DNA of 64,000 nt from the human T2T-CHM13v2.0 reference genome, Homo sapiens. Where the stretch lies: the NCBI RefSeq assembly GCF_009914755.1, contig NC_060931.1. One strand, written 5' to 3'. The translations under genes were made by a program, and so were the position numbers. Below, piece by piece: positions 1 through 12,373 of this stretch; position 1 is the first letter of the stretch, and every line of letters starts with the position of its first letter. The notes under the pieces are model-generated. The model searched no databases and had not been told where the DNA came from. It saw nothing but the letters and a program-made list of their open reading frames with translations.

Positions 1-329
1 CCCTGCTATCAAAACCAAAGACACATCAAAAAAAGAAAACTGTAGGCCAATATCCCTGATAAATATGGATGCAAAAATCCTTAACAAAATACTAGCACAT
101 CAATTCAACAACACATTCAAATAATCATTCATTATGACCCGTGGGATTTATTTTAGGGATACAAGGATAGTTTAACATATGCAAATCAATCAATGTAATA
201 CATCATATTGACGGAATGAAGGATAAAAACCATATTATCATTTCAATTGATGCCAAAAAAGCATTTGATAAAATCTAACCTACCTTCATGATAAAAACTC
301 TAAAATAAACTGGGTATAGAAGGAACATA
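1..329 (+). mobile_element. L1 (L1MA-like) ORF2/RT fragment, left part of an element interrupted at 330-2082
   Basis: L1 ORF2 sequence (aggccaatatccctgataaatatggatgcaaaaatcc; gcatttgataaaat); continues co-linearly at 2095. Confidence 0.9.
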
Positions 330-1314
330 TAGCATCTATCAACCCGTCATCTAGGTTTTAGGCCCTGCATGCATTAGGTATTTTTCCTAATGCTCTCCCT
401 TTTTCTCCACCCACTGACAGGCCCTGGTGTATGACATTCCCCTCCCTGTTGCCATGTGTTCTCTTTGTTCAACTCCTACTTATGAGTGAGAACATGTGGT
501 GTTGGGTTTCCTGTTCCTGTGTTAGTTTGCTGAGGATGATGGTTTCCAGCTTTATCCAGGTTCCTGCAAAGGACATGAACTCATTCTTTTTTATGGCTAC
601 ATAGTATTCCATGGTGTATATATGCAACATTTTCCTTATCCAGTCTATCATTGATGGGCATTTGGGTTGGTTCCAAGTATTTGCTATTGTAAATAGTGCT
701 GCAATAAACATACTTGTGCATGTGTCTTTATAGCAGAATGATTTATAATCCTTTGGATATATACCCAGTAATGGGATTGCTGGGTAAAATGGTTTTTCTG
801 GTTGTAGATCCTTGAGGATTCGCCACCTCGTCTTTCACAATGGTTGACCAATTTACACTCCCACCAGCAGTGTAAAAATGTTCCTATTTCTCCACATCCT
901 TGCCAGCATCTGTTGTTTCCTGACTTTTTAATGATCTCCATTCTAATTGGTGTGAGATGGTATCCCATTGTGGTTTTGGTTTACATTTCTTACATGACCA
1001 GTGACGAGCTTTTTTTCATGTTTGTTGGCTGCATAAATGTCTTCTTTTGAGAAGTGTCTGTTCATATACTTTGCCCACTTTTTGATGGGGTTGTTTGCTT
1101 TTTTCTTGTAAATTTGTTTAAGTTACTTGTAGATTCTGAATATTAGACCTTTGTCAGATGGATAGATTGAAAAAGTTTTCTCCCATTCTGTAGATTGCAT
1201 ATTCACTCTATGATAGTTTCTTACACTGAGCAGAAGCTCTTTAGTTTAATTAGATCCCATTTGTCAATTTTGGCTTTTGTTGCAATTGCTTTTGGTGTTT
1301 TAATCATGAAGTCT
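330..1314 (-). mobile_element. L1PA7/8-like ORF2 end and 3'UTR, inverted arm of a twin-primed insertion
   Basis: Antisense L1 3' region; reverse complement contains gcatgcagggcctaaaacctagatgacgggttgatag; ORFs 469-711 and 684-968 are L1 ORF2-end/3'UTR peptides. Confidence 0.88.
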
Positions 1315-1415
1315 TCTGCACGTTCAGCACATGTATCCCAGAACTTAAAGAAAAATTAAAAAAAAGAAAAATAACAACTCACCAATAAAAAACTAAAAAA
1401 AAAAAAAAACAAAAA
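1315..1415 (+). mobile_element. Sense 3' tip of the same L1 plus two A-rich tails
   Basis: ctgcacgttcagcacatgtatcccagaacttaaag, then an A-tract, AATAAA at 1384-1389 and a second A-tract. Confidence 0.8.
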
Positions 1416-1899
1416 CACATGCACATGTATGTTTATTGCAGCATTATTCACAATAGCAAAGACTTGGAACCAACCCCAATGTCCAACAATGTTAGACTGG
1501 ATTAAGAAAATGTGGCACATATACACCATGGAATACTATGCAGCCATAAAAAATGATGAGTTCATGTCCTTTGTAGGGACATGGATGAAATTGGAAATCA
1601 TCATTCTCAGTAAACTATCGCAAGAACAAAAAACCAAACACCGCATATACTCACTCATAGGTGGTAATTGAACAATGAGAACACATGGACACAGGAAGGG
1701 GAACATCACACTCTGGGGACTGTTGTGGGGTGGGGGGAAAGGGGAGGGATAGCATTGGGAGATATACCTAATGCTAGATGACGAGTTAGTGGGTGCAGCA
1801 CACCAGCATGGCACATGTATACATATGTAAATAACCTGCACATTGTGCACATGTACCCTAAAACTTAAAGTATAATATTAATAAATAAATTTAAAAAAA
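1416..1899 (+). mobile_element. Young 5'-truncated L1 (L1PA2/3-like) 3' end
   Basis: Near-consensus 3'UTR (gctagatgacgagttagtgggtgcagcacaccagcatggc), G-rich tract, A-rich tail. Confidence 0.88.
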
Positions 1900-2082
1900 T
1901 TACGAAGAAAGTCAGGATATCAATTACTTGTGGAGGAAGAGTGGAAGAGAGAGAAGGGTTATGGCTGGGATGGACCAAATAGAGAGATATGAGGTGATTA
2001 TCAAAGTTTTATTTCTTGGCTAGCATGATGGTAAGGACGTTGACCTCATGATAATTAATAAAGTTTCTTTTGTGAAAAGAAA

Positions 2083-4410
2083 AGAAGGAACATACCTCCA
2101 GACAATAAAAGTCATATATGACAAATCCACAGGTAAAATCATATGCATGAGGAAAATCTGAAAGTCTTTCCTCTAAGATCTGGAATAAGCCAAGGATGCC
2201 CACCTTCATCATTGTTGCTCACCATATTACTGGAAGACCTAATTAGAGCAGTAAGAAAAGAGGAAGAAATAGAGGGCATCAAATTGGAAAGGAAGAAGTC
2301 AAATTATTCTTGTTTGGAGATGATATGATCTTATATTTGGAAAAACCTAAAGACTTCAACAAAAAAATATTCGAACTGATAAGCAAATTCAGTAAAGTTG
2401 CTGCATACAAAATCAACATACAAAAATCAGTAGCATTTCTATATGCCAACAGTGAACAATCTGAAAAAGAAATCAAGAAAGTTATCCCATTTAAAATAGC
2501 TACAAATAAAATTAAATACTTAGGGATCAACTTAACCAAAGAAAGGAAAGATCTTTACAATGAAAACTATGAAATACTGACACAAGAAATTGAAGGGGAC
2601 TCAAAAAAATGGAAAGATATTTCATAGTCATTGGAAGAATCAATATTGTTAAAATATACATATGTAACCAAATCAATCTACAGATTCATTGCAATCCCTA
2701 TTAAAATACCAATGACATTCTTCATAGAAGAAGAAAAAAAATCCTAAAATTTATACAGAACCACAACAGACCTAGAATAACCAAAGTTATTCTAAGCAAA
2801 AAAGACAAAACTGGAGGAATCACATTACCTGACTACAAATTATCCTGCAGAGCTATAGTAATGCAAACAGCATAGTACTGGCATAGAAACAGACAGACAG
2901 ACCAAAGGAACAGAATAGAGAACCCAGAAATAAATCCATATGTCTACAATGAACTCATTTTTGACAAAGGTAGCAAGAATATACATTGAGAAAAAGATGG
3001 TCTCTTCAGTTAATGGTGCTGGGAAAACTAGATATGTCTATGTAGAAGAATGAAATGGGACACGTCTCTTTCACCATATATAAAATCAAACCAAAATGGA
3101 TTAAAGATTTAAATTTAAGACCTCAAACTATGAAATTACTAAAAGAAAACATTGGCAAAAACTCTCCAGGACATTGCAGAGTTTCTTTTCTTGAGAACTA
3201 CCCATAAGTACAGACAACCAAAGCAAAAATGGATAAATAGGATTACATCAAGTTAAAAAGCTTCTGCATATCAAAGAACACAATCAACAAAGTGAAGACA
3301 CAACCCACAGAATGAGAGAAAATATTGGCAAACTGTGCATCTGACAAGGAATTAACAACCAGAATCTATAAGGAGCTCAAACAACTTAATAGGAAAATAA
3401 AATCTAATAATCTGATTTAAAATGGGCAGAAGACTTGAATATCTCAAAAGAAGACATACAAATGGCAAACCAATATATAAAAGAGTTCTCAGCATCACTA
3501 ATCAGCAGAGGAATGCAAATCTGAACTACAATGAGATATCATTTTACCCCAGTTAAAACGGCTTTCATGCAAAAGACAGGCAATAACAAATGCTGGCAAA
3601 GATGTGGAGAAAATGAACCCTTCATGCACTGTTGATGGAAATGTAAATTAGTACAACCACCATGGAGAACATTTTGTAGGTTCCTCCAAAAAACTAAAAA
3701 TAGAACTACCATATGATCCAGGAATTCTCTTGCTAGGTTTATATCCAAAAAAAAGGGAAATCAGTATATTGAAGAGATATCTGCCCTCTTATGTTTATTG
3801 CAGCACTCTTCACAATAGCCAAGATTTGGAAAAAGCCTAAGTGTCCATTAATAGATGAATGGATAAAGAAAATGTAGTGCATATACACGAATGAAATACT
3901 ATTCTGCCATAAAAAAGAATGAGATTCTGTCATTTGCAATATCATGGTTGGAACTTCAGGCCATTATGTTAAGTGAAATAAGTCAGGCACAGAAAGACAA
4001 ATGTTGCATGTTCTCACTTATTTGTGGGAGGCAAAAAACAAACAAACAAACAAACAATGAACTCAAGGGGATAGAGAGTAGAATAATGGTTACCAGAGGC
4101 TGGGAAGTGTAGTTGGAGGGGGAATGGTTAATGGGTACAAAAATATAGTTAGATAAAATGAATAAGACCTGATATTTGATAACACAATAGGGTGACTATG
4201 GTCAACGATAATTTATCATACATTTAAAAATAACTATAAGAGTATGATTGGATTGTTTGTAACACAAAGAAAAAATAAATGCTTGAGATGATGGATACCC
4301 CATTTACCCTGATGTGATTATTATACATTGTATGCCTGTATCAATATATCTCATGTAGCCCATAAATGTATATATACCTACTGTGTACCTAGAAATATGT
4401 AAAAAAGAAT
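2083..4410 (+). mobile_element. L1MA1/2-like ORF2 3' half and 3'UTR
   Basis: RT motif F(G)DDMILY in ORF 2310-2627; multiple stops/frameshifts; L1MA-type 3'UTR ending ctgtgtacctagaaatatgtaaaaaa. Confidence 0.9.
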
Positions 4411-5289
4411 TCTAGTGTATGGGGGGCAAAGTATCTTATGTACTTTATGTAAGTACTCCCTTTCCAATCAATCTCCTCTAGATATCAATCTTACCTCTAG
4501 CTATTTTATACATTAAAATACAGCAAACACACAGATACATGTATACATGCTCAGAGCTGGTTCCATTTCATTGTTCATGTTGTTATTCGTAAACAATGAA
4601 TGCTTTATAACAGTTATTTGGGGGGAGAAAGGGCTTTATAAACAACACACATTCTACTCTTAAAATACTGGTATATTTCTTTGCTTTCCATTCTCCAGTT
4701 ACCACAATCATGAGCCAAGGTATATGTCACATTGCAGTTTTGATACAGCTACTTTTATGCAACACAAAAAAAGTTAAATGTCAAACTGTTAAAATTACTA
4801 AGTAGTATATGAGGTAGATTTCTTCAGTCATTTCCTTAATCATACACTGTCTCTGATCCTAAGTGATCATGACTATTTCTTGGGATCACAGATATGTTGA
4901 GGCTCAGGTGATCTGGGTTAGAAGCCAGGGATAAGAGATGCCAGAATGAAGGTCAATGCAATGAAATGAGCTAATGCCATGGATGTCCATTCATATATTT
5001 TGACATTATTGCATAATAAAAAATCAATGATTTTGTATTGATCCATATTAATCAGACCATAACAACTGATCAAATAGGCTTCAACAAAAAGTCTTATTTT
5101 ATTTAGTTGCTACTAATGAGAATAATTATGTTCCTTAGGTGTATTGGGTTAGAAAAAAAAAGATTTCTCTGTTAAAATATTAGACTAATTTAGACTATAT
5201 AAAACTTTGGATATGTTTTAAAATGTATCGTGATTACAAATGAGGATTAGAATCATGTTATCATGAGGATTACTAATGCAATTAAGCAA

Positions 5290-5830
5290 AGGTTATTTGT
5301 TTCAATGAAGAGAAATCACATGTGGTTAGTTAAGCAGAAAAAGGCATTATTGAAGAAATATCTGGTACCTTCCCAAATCAGCAGGAAGTCAATAGAGCTG
5401 GGCTGCAGAAAAATAATAGGGTATAAAGGAGGCCAGGCAGCCAAGAGCCCAGCCACCATCTCATCGTGTGCTCAGGCTGGTTAGAAAATTGTCCCTGGTG
5501 CCAGGAACACTGGATGTGCCCTGCTGAGCTGTTTGAATTCAATACAACTGCCAATGTGGTCAGTGGACTCTAGCTATTTGTGTTGCCACCACAATGTTCC
5601 AAAGGATTTGTAAACTATCAGACAGCACAGAAGCACAGGCTTGGGCAGGGGAATCTGACTGGCAGAGCAGAGGTCCCAAGCCCAAGCTGAGTCACATGCC
5701 TGCATCTGAGCTGCCAAGGGCTTCTGATCCTTTCTGTTTCAGAGAAAGAGTCTTCACCAGGCCTCAAAAAGTGTCAGACTGCTCAGTCATAGGAAGAGCA
5801 TTTTGATGCTCATCAGCCAAAAAGTAAAGA
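5290..5830. mobile_element. Degenerate MLT1-type MaLR LTR
   Basis: Weak resemblance to old MLT1 LTRs (ttaagcagaaaaaggcattattgaag; ggaatctgactggcagagc). Confidence 0.4.
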
Positions 5831-6444
5831 ATAGCCATCTCACTGTTTCTCTCTTGTTGGTTTTGATTTCTTCCTCTCTACATATTTTTAACTTAAATGG
5901 TTAAACTCTTCTGAACAGCTAGCTAGACTCCTTCCTGAGTTTCTTAGGCATTGACAATGCTCTGTACTACTAATAATTTTGTTTTCCATAACTGTTCTTA
6001 CTAAACATTTCAATGTTTCATTTCTGTATCTTATTTAGGTTTGGCTCATGATCAATAATGAAGAGTTGAATTGCACCAAGGTAATGCCTTCGTTATAAGA
6101 TAATCTTAACAGCTGGATTTAGCTAAAAGTGTGAGGTTATGCAGATGGAAAAACTGATCTAGGATCCAATTATTAGGTAGCCTGCTTTTTATTAGTTATT
6201 AGGTATGATATTTAGTTGTTCCTAGTGAATCTTGACAAAGAATGTACTGTTGGAACACAAACAGCAGAAAATTGCCATTTGTTCTAAGACCTTGTTTGCT
6301 CTCTCCACAGTATTAACACTAGCGTATCAGTGAATGTAACTCATCCTTGTTAGCTTCCTTGATCTTTTTCTTAGACAATTGTCTCTTCGTGCCTAAATGC
6401 ATTTGTTCAGCTTTTAGTACAGGCATGCAAGACATATGCCCTTA

Positions 6445-6446
<2 letters not shown>

Positions 6447-6480
<34 letters not shown>

Positions 6481-6499
6481 CACACATGCAAACACACAC
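6447..6499. repeat. (CA)n microsatellite
   Basis: Direct observation. Confidence 0.95.
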
Positions 6500-7551
6500 T
6501 AAGCTACTGTTTCTGCTCCCCATCTGTTGGTTACAAACGGAACTATATGCAGGGAAATTATAAACAGCAATAGAGCTGAACTCACCTCTTCATGAAAAAC
6601 AGAGAAAAATTATATGGATTTGTCTATTCAAATAGTATGCGTTATGTCTATAAATGTTAACCCTTAAAATAAAGTTTTTATGTCTCCTACGTGGCATATA
6701 AATCAAGGTAATTACATTTATTATACAAACACCCTGAATCATTATCTTAAGAGCTAAAAGCATTTTGAATTACTGAGATAAAAGCAACTCAGATCATAGG
6801 ACCAGGTCTTTGCTGTATCAATCTTATTTCTATCCAAATAGACTCATTTATCTCTCTTTGTTGATTAAGACACCCATTAGTAGAAAAGCATATCTATTGA
6901 CTATATAAAAGAAGTTGGATTTATGAAGCTTTGGTAATTAGCAGTCAAGAGAATTAAAAATTAATGTTCATGCAAAAAAATTGGAAAGGGAAAGGAGAGA
7001 AGAGGAGGGTAGTGTAAGCAAATTAAGTCACTTTAAATTCATTGAAGAGTCTTATCTAATACAGGTTAAATTTAATAAATCATAATATCATAAGAAAAGC
7101 CTATCATTTAGAACTATACTGTTTATCTGAAGAATTGTGAATGGAAAAGTTCAAATATACTTACCCCTTAACCCTGAAGTTTTGGATTGATGTTTTATAT
7201 ACATGCAGAGAGAGAGAGAAGAGGAAGCAGACATATAAATGGTGATTAATTTTTATTTTTTAACTTTAAGATTTTATTGTTTTGTCTACATGTGTATATA
7301 TTTATATGAAAAGAAAATATGCTAAATGAAAATATGCTAGACAAAAACCCACAATAAAAAAGAAAAGCCAATCTTGAGGAAATAATTTTAATGAACAAAA
7401 ATATTCACGGATAACAAACTGCATGCATCAAACTTTGGATTGGAATAGAAGAAAATGAGAACAAAACAAGGGGAGTACAATAATGGGTTTAACTAAGGAA
7501 ATGATGGTATGATTATATGATTTACTTCTTTGTCATTATGAAAAATGAAGT

Positions 7552-7906
<355 letters not shown>

Positions 7907-7944
7907 TGAAAAATGAAGTTTTAAATGTAAGTTTTATTGACTGC

Positions 7945-8565
7945 ATGCCAGTTAGACCTAGGATTGGACAGCACCACAGAAAATTCCCAAAATAAGTGAT
8001 TTAACTAAAGAAGTTTAATTTCCTCAGCCATAAAATAAGTCTGGGGGGGTGCATAGGCCAGGACTAGTATGGAGCTCAGTTTCCTCTCTTCCTACTGTCA
8101 TTCTGAAAATATGAATGCATCCTCAAAACGTTGGCTGGTGGTCTATCGTTTTAAGAATTTTTTATAGGAAGCAGCCTTGCAAGGTAGAAACAGCATTTCT
8201 GTCCTACACAAAGGGTGTGCAGGTTCACTGACCATTATAAAAGTTTTAGGCTCTGTAAGTGTCTCATCCTCTTCTGGCCCTGTGGGAATTGGCACTCAGA
8301 AAACTGGGACAAGAAAACCACCTTTCTGTGGAAGGGTTTCTTTTTTGCTTTCAAGTAGTGCAAAATTTTAGAAACTTTGCAGTTCTTTACAGTCCAATAC
8401 AACATTTCTGCTAACATCATTTTGTCCAGAATTTAGATAAATAAGCACATGGCCCAAGGGAGGCTGCAAATGTTATCTTTTGATTGAGCACTAAAATTAG
8501 AGCATTGTTACTGGGAGGAAGGAAAAATGGACTTCAGGGTAGGGCACAAGACGTCACCGCCATAG
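7945..8565 (-). mobile_element. Degenerate MLT1J-like LTR, possibly interrupted
   Basis: Motifs cacatggcc...agggaggctgcaaatgttatctt and ttgttactgggaggaagg resemble MLT1J. Confidence 0.4.
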
Positions 8566-8691
8566 ACTGAAAAATTTGTTCAAAATTTAGTGTTATGTGA
8601 AAAAAAATATTTGAATAAGTAAACAGAAATAGGCCACAGATTTTTAAATGTATAGTAAGTGTTTACTGAGGTTATCTCTGGGTAATGAAGG

Positions 8692-9753
8692 TGCATTAAT
8701 TTTCTAGGTGATGCTGTAGCGAGGTACCACAACCTAGGTGGCTTAAATAAGTGGAATTGGTTGTGGTATAGCTCTGGAGACTAGATCAAGTTGTCGGCAC
8801 CACTGGCTCCTTCTGAGAACTGTGAGGGAAAAATCTGTTCCAGGCTTCTTCTTTTGACTTTTAGATGGCCATCTTCTTCCTGTGTCTTGTGAAAGGAAAA
8901 TAAATCTCAGGACCCCAAAATCACCAAGCCGAAGGGAAAAGTCAAGCTGGAAACTGCCTCACACAAACCTACCTCCCATTTTGTTCCTAAATAAGATAGC
9001 TACGAAAAAGAAAAGGCCACATACCTCCCTCACAATTTGCCCACTAGGAAATTCCTTGTGGGCCCCAAGATCCTTACCCTAAAACAGTTCTGTTGAATTT
9101 CACCCTGACAATGTTAATTGATAACTTATCTTCAAAGGTATGGGAGAAAGGACAGAACTCAAAGTCATCCCTCTGCTCCCCTGAGACAAATGCATATCTG
9201 ATTGCTTCTTCTGCCCTATGTTTATTTTATCTTATGTAAAAATACAGATTCACTGAGTTAGAAGAATGCATAAGTGACTATTCCTCTACCCCCCCACTTT
9301 CACATGCGAATGGCTGATCAAAGACTCAAAAGAATGCAACCATTTGCTCCTTATCTACACATACCTTTAAAAAATGTTTTTGTCTTTCCTCAGTATCCAC
9401 CCTTTCTCCTATAAATATTTAAGCCCTAAAAATCAGCTTTGGAGAAAGGCACAGACATGTCTCCTTACCACGCATCCTGAACCTTGGCAAAATAAACTTC
9501 TAAATTGATTGAGACTTGTCTCATATGCTGTTTGGTTTACAGTCCTTTCACATGGAATTCTCTTTGGGTACATGCCTCTGTGTCCCAATTTCACTTTACT
9601 ACAAGGACCCTAGACAGCCCATCCTAATAACCTCATCTTACCTTAACTTATTATATCTGTAATTAATCTATTTTTCAAATAAGGTCACCTTTTCAGGTAC
9701 TAGGAGTTAGGATTTTAACAGATGGATTTTGAGGGACACAATTCAAGCCATAA
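8692..9753 (-). mobile_element. MLT1 (B/C/D-like) MaLR LTR split by a MER4 LTR
   Basis: taccacaacctaggtggcttaa at the left end, gggacacaattcaagccataa at the right end; halves at 8692-8887 and 9542-9753. Confidence 0.8.
8888..9541 (+). mobile_element. MER4-family (MER4B-like) ERV1 solo LTR
   Basis: Starts tgtgaaaggaaaataaatctc, ends ggtttaca; TG...CA termini; 4-bp TSD gtct/gtcc; AATAAA near the 3' end. Confidence 0.88.
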
Positions 9754-10961
9754 GAGAAGGTATGGGTAACTTTTTTATTTGAATTTTTATTCTTTCCAAG
9801 TATCATTGTATTGCTTTTAGGTAATTTTGCTAATTAAAAAAAAAAGATATAATTTTTAAAAACAAAAGTTCAAAGTGTCTTGTTTACTCATTATGCTTAT
9901 ATAATCCTATTAGTAACCTCAAAGTGTGATTTAATGTCAACCATATATTTTTCAGTCTTTAGTAAATAATGTTGTTTTGTAGTTAAATCAATAGATTTGT
10001 CACAACAGGTTGTGACACTACACCTCTCTTCCAGCACATTTTTGTGATGCATTTTGTTTTGTTTTGCCTGTTTGCTTAAATTTTCAGGGCTCTCTATATG
10101 TTCACAAAATTACTGCACATACATTCAGCCCATGGGCTGGCATCCTTCAACAGAAGTGGCTTCCAGTCTGGGACTTGTTAACCATTCATTATATTTCTGA
10201 CTTCAATGCTGAATTGGTGGGAAATTATATCCACTAGGCTTCATTCCTAATGACACAGAGACACTGAGTGGGAGTTTGTGAGTGATGACTTTTCCAGTAG
10301 AATGTGAAGGTAATTGTAACAGTTTGACATAGAAGAACAGAGTGACTGCTTCAGGCATGAGGACATAGGGTACAAACCAAGATAAAAGGAAGACTTGGAA
10401 ACAAAGGCTACATTCTGAACCAGTTCTTTCTAAGTACTTTACACTAGAGGAGAACTTGTTAATGAATAACCTCTATTGAATAGCTGCCATGAAAGCAAAC
10501 AGAGAGCTATTTTACTATTAGTTACATTTTCATGCAAACGTTACTCATTTGTTCCTGAAAAACCAAATATTCCCTATCACCCTTGAAGTGTAGGATAGAA
10601 AGGAATGCTTAGGTAGCCAACACGAACCACTGAAAGAAGAGGTAGAAAATATGAAGAAAGCTGACCGCAGACGAGACAGTGAACTCCAAGGAAAAAAAAA
10701 AAAAAAAAAGGAAAGGAAGGAAGCAAAGCCCACATTTAATGTAAAGAGATGTGTAGTTCATTGAACTAAACCCCAGAATAGAACATAAGAGTTAACACTT
10801 TAGTCAACATCAGGGAAATGGGATCATTATTACAATTCCCACATAACAATATTTATTTGTTTTAAATCCTGGTTACCATAAAAGGTTAGAGTTTTATATA
10901 AATGTTAATATTCTTTGTTTACCATCAGTAATATGATGGGAATCTTGAGCATCTAAGATTT

Positions 10962-11001
10962 AAAATCCCAGTTTAACAACTTAAAAATCCCAGTTTAACA
11001 A
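10962..11001. repeat. Short tandem duplication, period 22
   Basis: aaaatcccagtttaacaa at 10962-10979 and 10984-11001. Confidence 0.9.
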
Positions 11002-12337
11002 TTTAATACTGTGTTCATTGCTCTGTTTCAAGTTTGCTTTTTATTTATAAACAAATCCTAACTCTTTATTTCTCGGTAGAGCATCTATCATAATTCCAAT
11101 TTATTTTCTTATCCTTCTATCAATTTCTGTATTTTTTTCTATTCCCTGCCACATCTTCTAATCATAGCTGCACATCTAACTTATGAGAGATCACTTGGAA
11201 AATCACAGGATTCCACAGGACCTGTCATTTTAATTAACAATACATTAGATAAATTCCAATTAACATTCACATTTATTGAGTTAATATGTTTAACAGTTTT
11301 TCAATTATTGGATTTTCCCATAATGAATAACTGAGTTTCAGTTTCCTAATGACTCCTCTCAAATTTCAAAAAAAAGTCAAAAAGTCAAATAGAACTTCCA
11401 GCTTTAGGGGTTCATGTATGGAACTACACAGTGCTATCTATATTTAAAATATAGAGCAAATTGGATGCTTTGTATAAACAAACCTTTACATTCTATTGGC
11501 TTCCGAGAGGCATAGTTCACATGAAATCTGAATGCATGTCCTTTATAATCTAGTCTAAGTGTCAGTTTGAAGACAAGATTCAATGTTAATAACTCAAACC
11601 AGGAGGAATTCATCATATTCCAAGTTAGAAAGAAGTGTATCTGAGAAAAATGAATCATATTTTAATCTGAACTCATGAATAATAATTTTAGTCCAAATGA
11701 GATGTTTTGATCTTGAAAAGAAGAGTTTAAGGAGGCAACAATTTGAAAAGAAATGCTACTGAAATGGCAATGTTCTGACATGATAGAATCTGTTAGGTAG
11801 CATTTCACTTCTACATTTCTCACCCCAACTTCTTTCCTTTTGATTTAAACATTGGCATACCTAGTATATGTAATGCCCTGAGCAGATTTTTTAAACATTC
11901 TTCATATTTCCATAACAAAACTATGTACAGTAATAATCTTGCAACAGTCACTAATAATCATTATTTAAATCACTCTTTAATTTAAAATTGAACAATTTAA
12001 AAGAGAAAAGAATCCCAACTTTAAAGATATATTCAAATATTTACTCTGTCATTAAGTATGTAATTCCTCCCCCCCCCCAAAAAAAAGACCCTTTCATGTT
12101 TAGTCTATTACACTTATAACATTGTAAATATAAGTAAAAGCTCTAACCAGTCACATGGAATGGCAGATAGTTACTCATGCTTCTTCACTTTTACAATCAC
12201 TGTGTTTTCACCGTTTATTTAAAATCCACTGTTTAAATACAAGACTATGTAATACTATGGAGCATGAAGACAAGATGTGTACCAGAATGAACTTGAAGAC
12301 TCTGAACCATTAAGAACTTAGTCTAGAAACAAACACA

Positions 12338-12373
12338 ATCACTTCTCTGCCCTTTGGCTAAGATCAAGTATAG
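12338..12373 (+). pseudogene. 3'-truncated U2 snRNA retropseudogene (first ~36 nt)
   Basis: atcacttctctgccctttggctaagatcaagtatag versus U2 5' end atcgcttctcggccttttggctaagatcaagtgtag; flanked by tagaaacaaacaca / tagaaaagaacaca. Confidence 0.9.
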
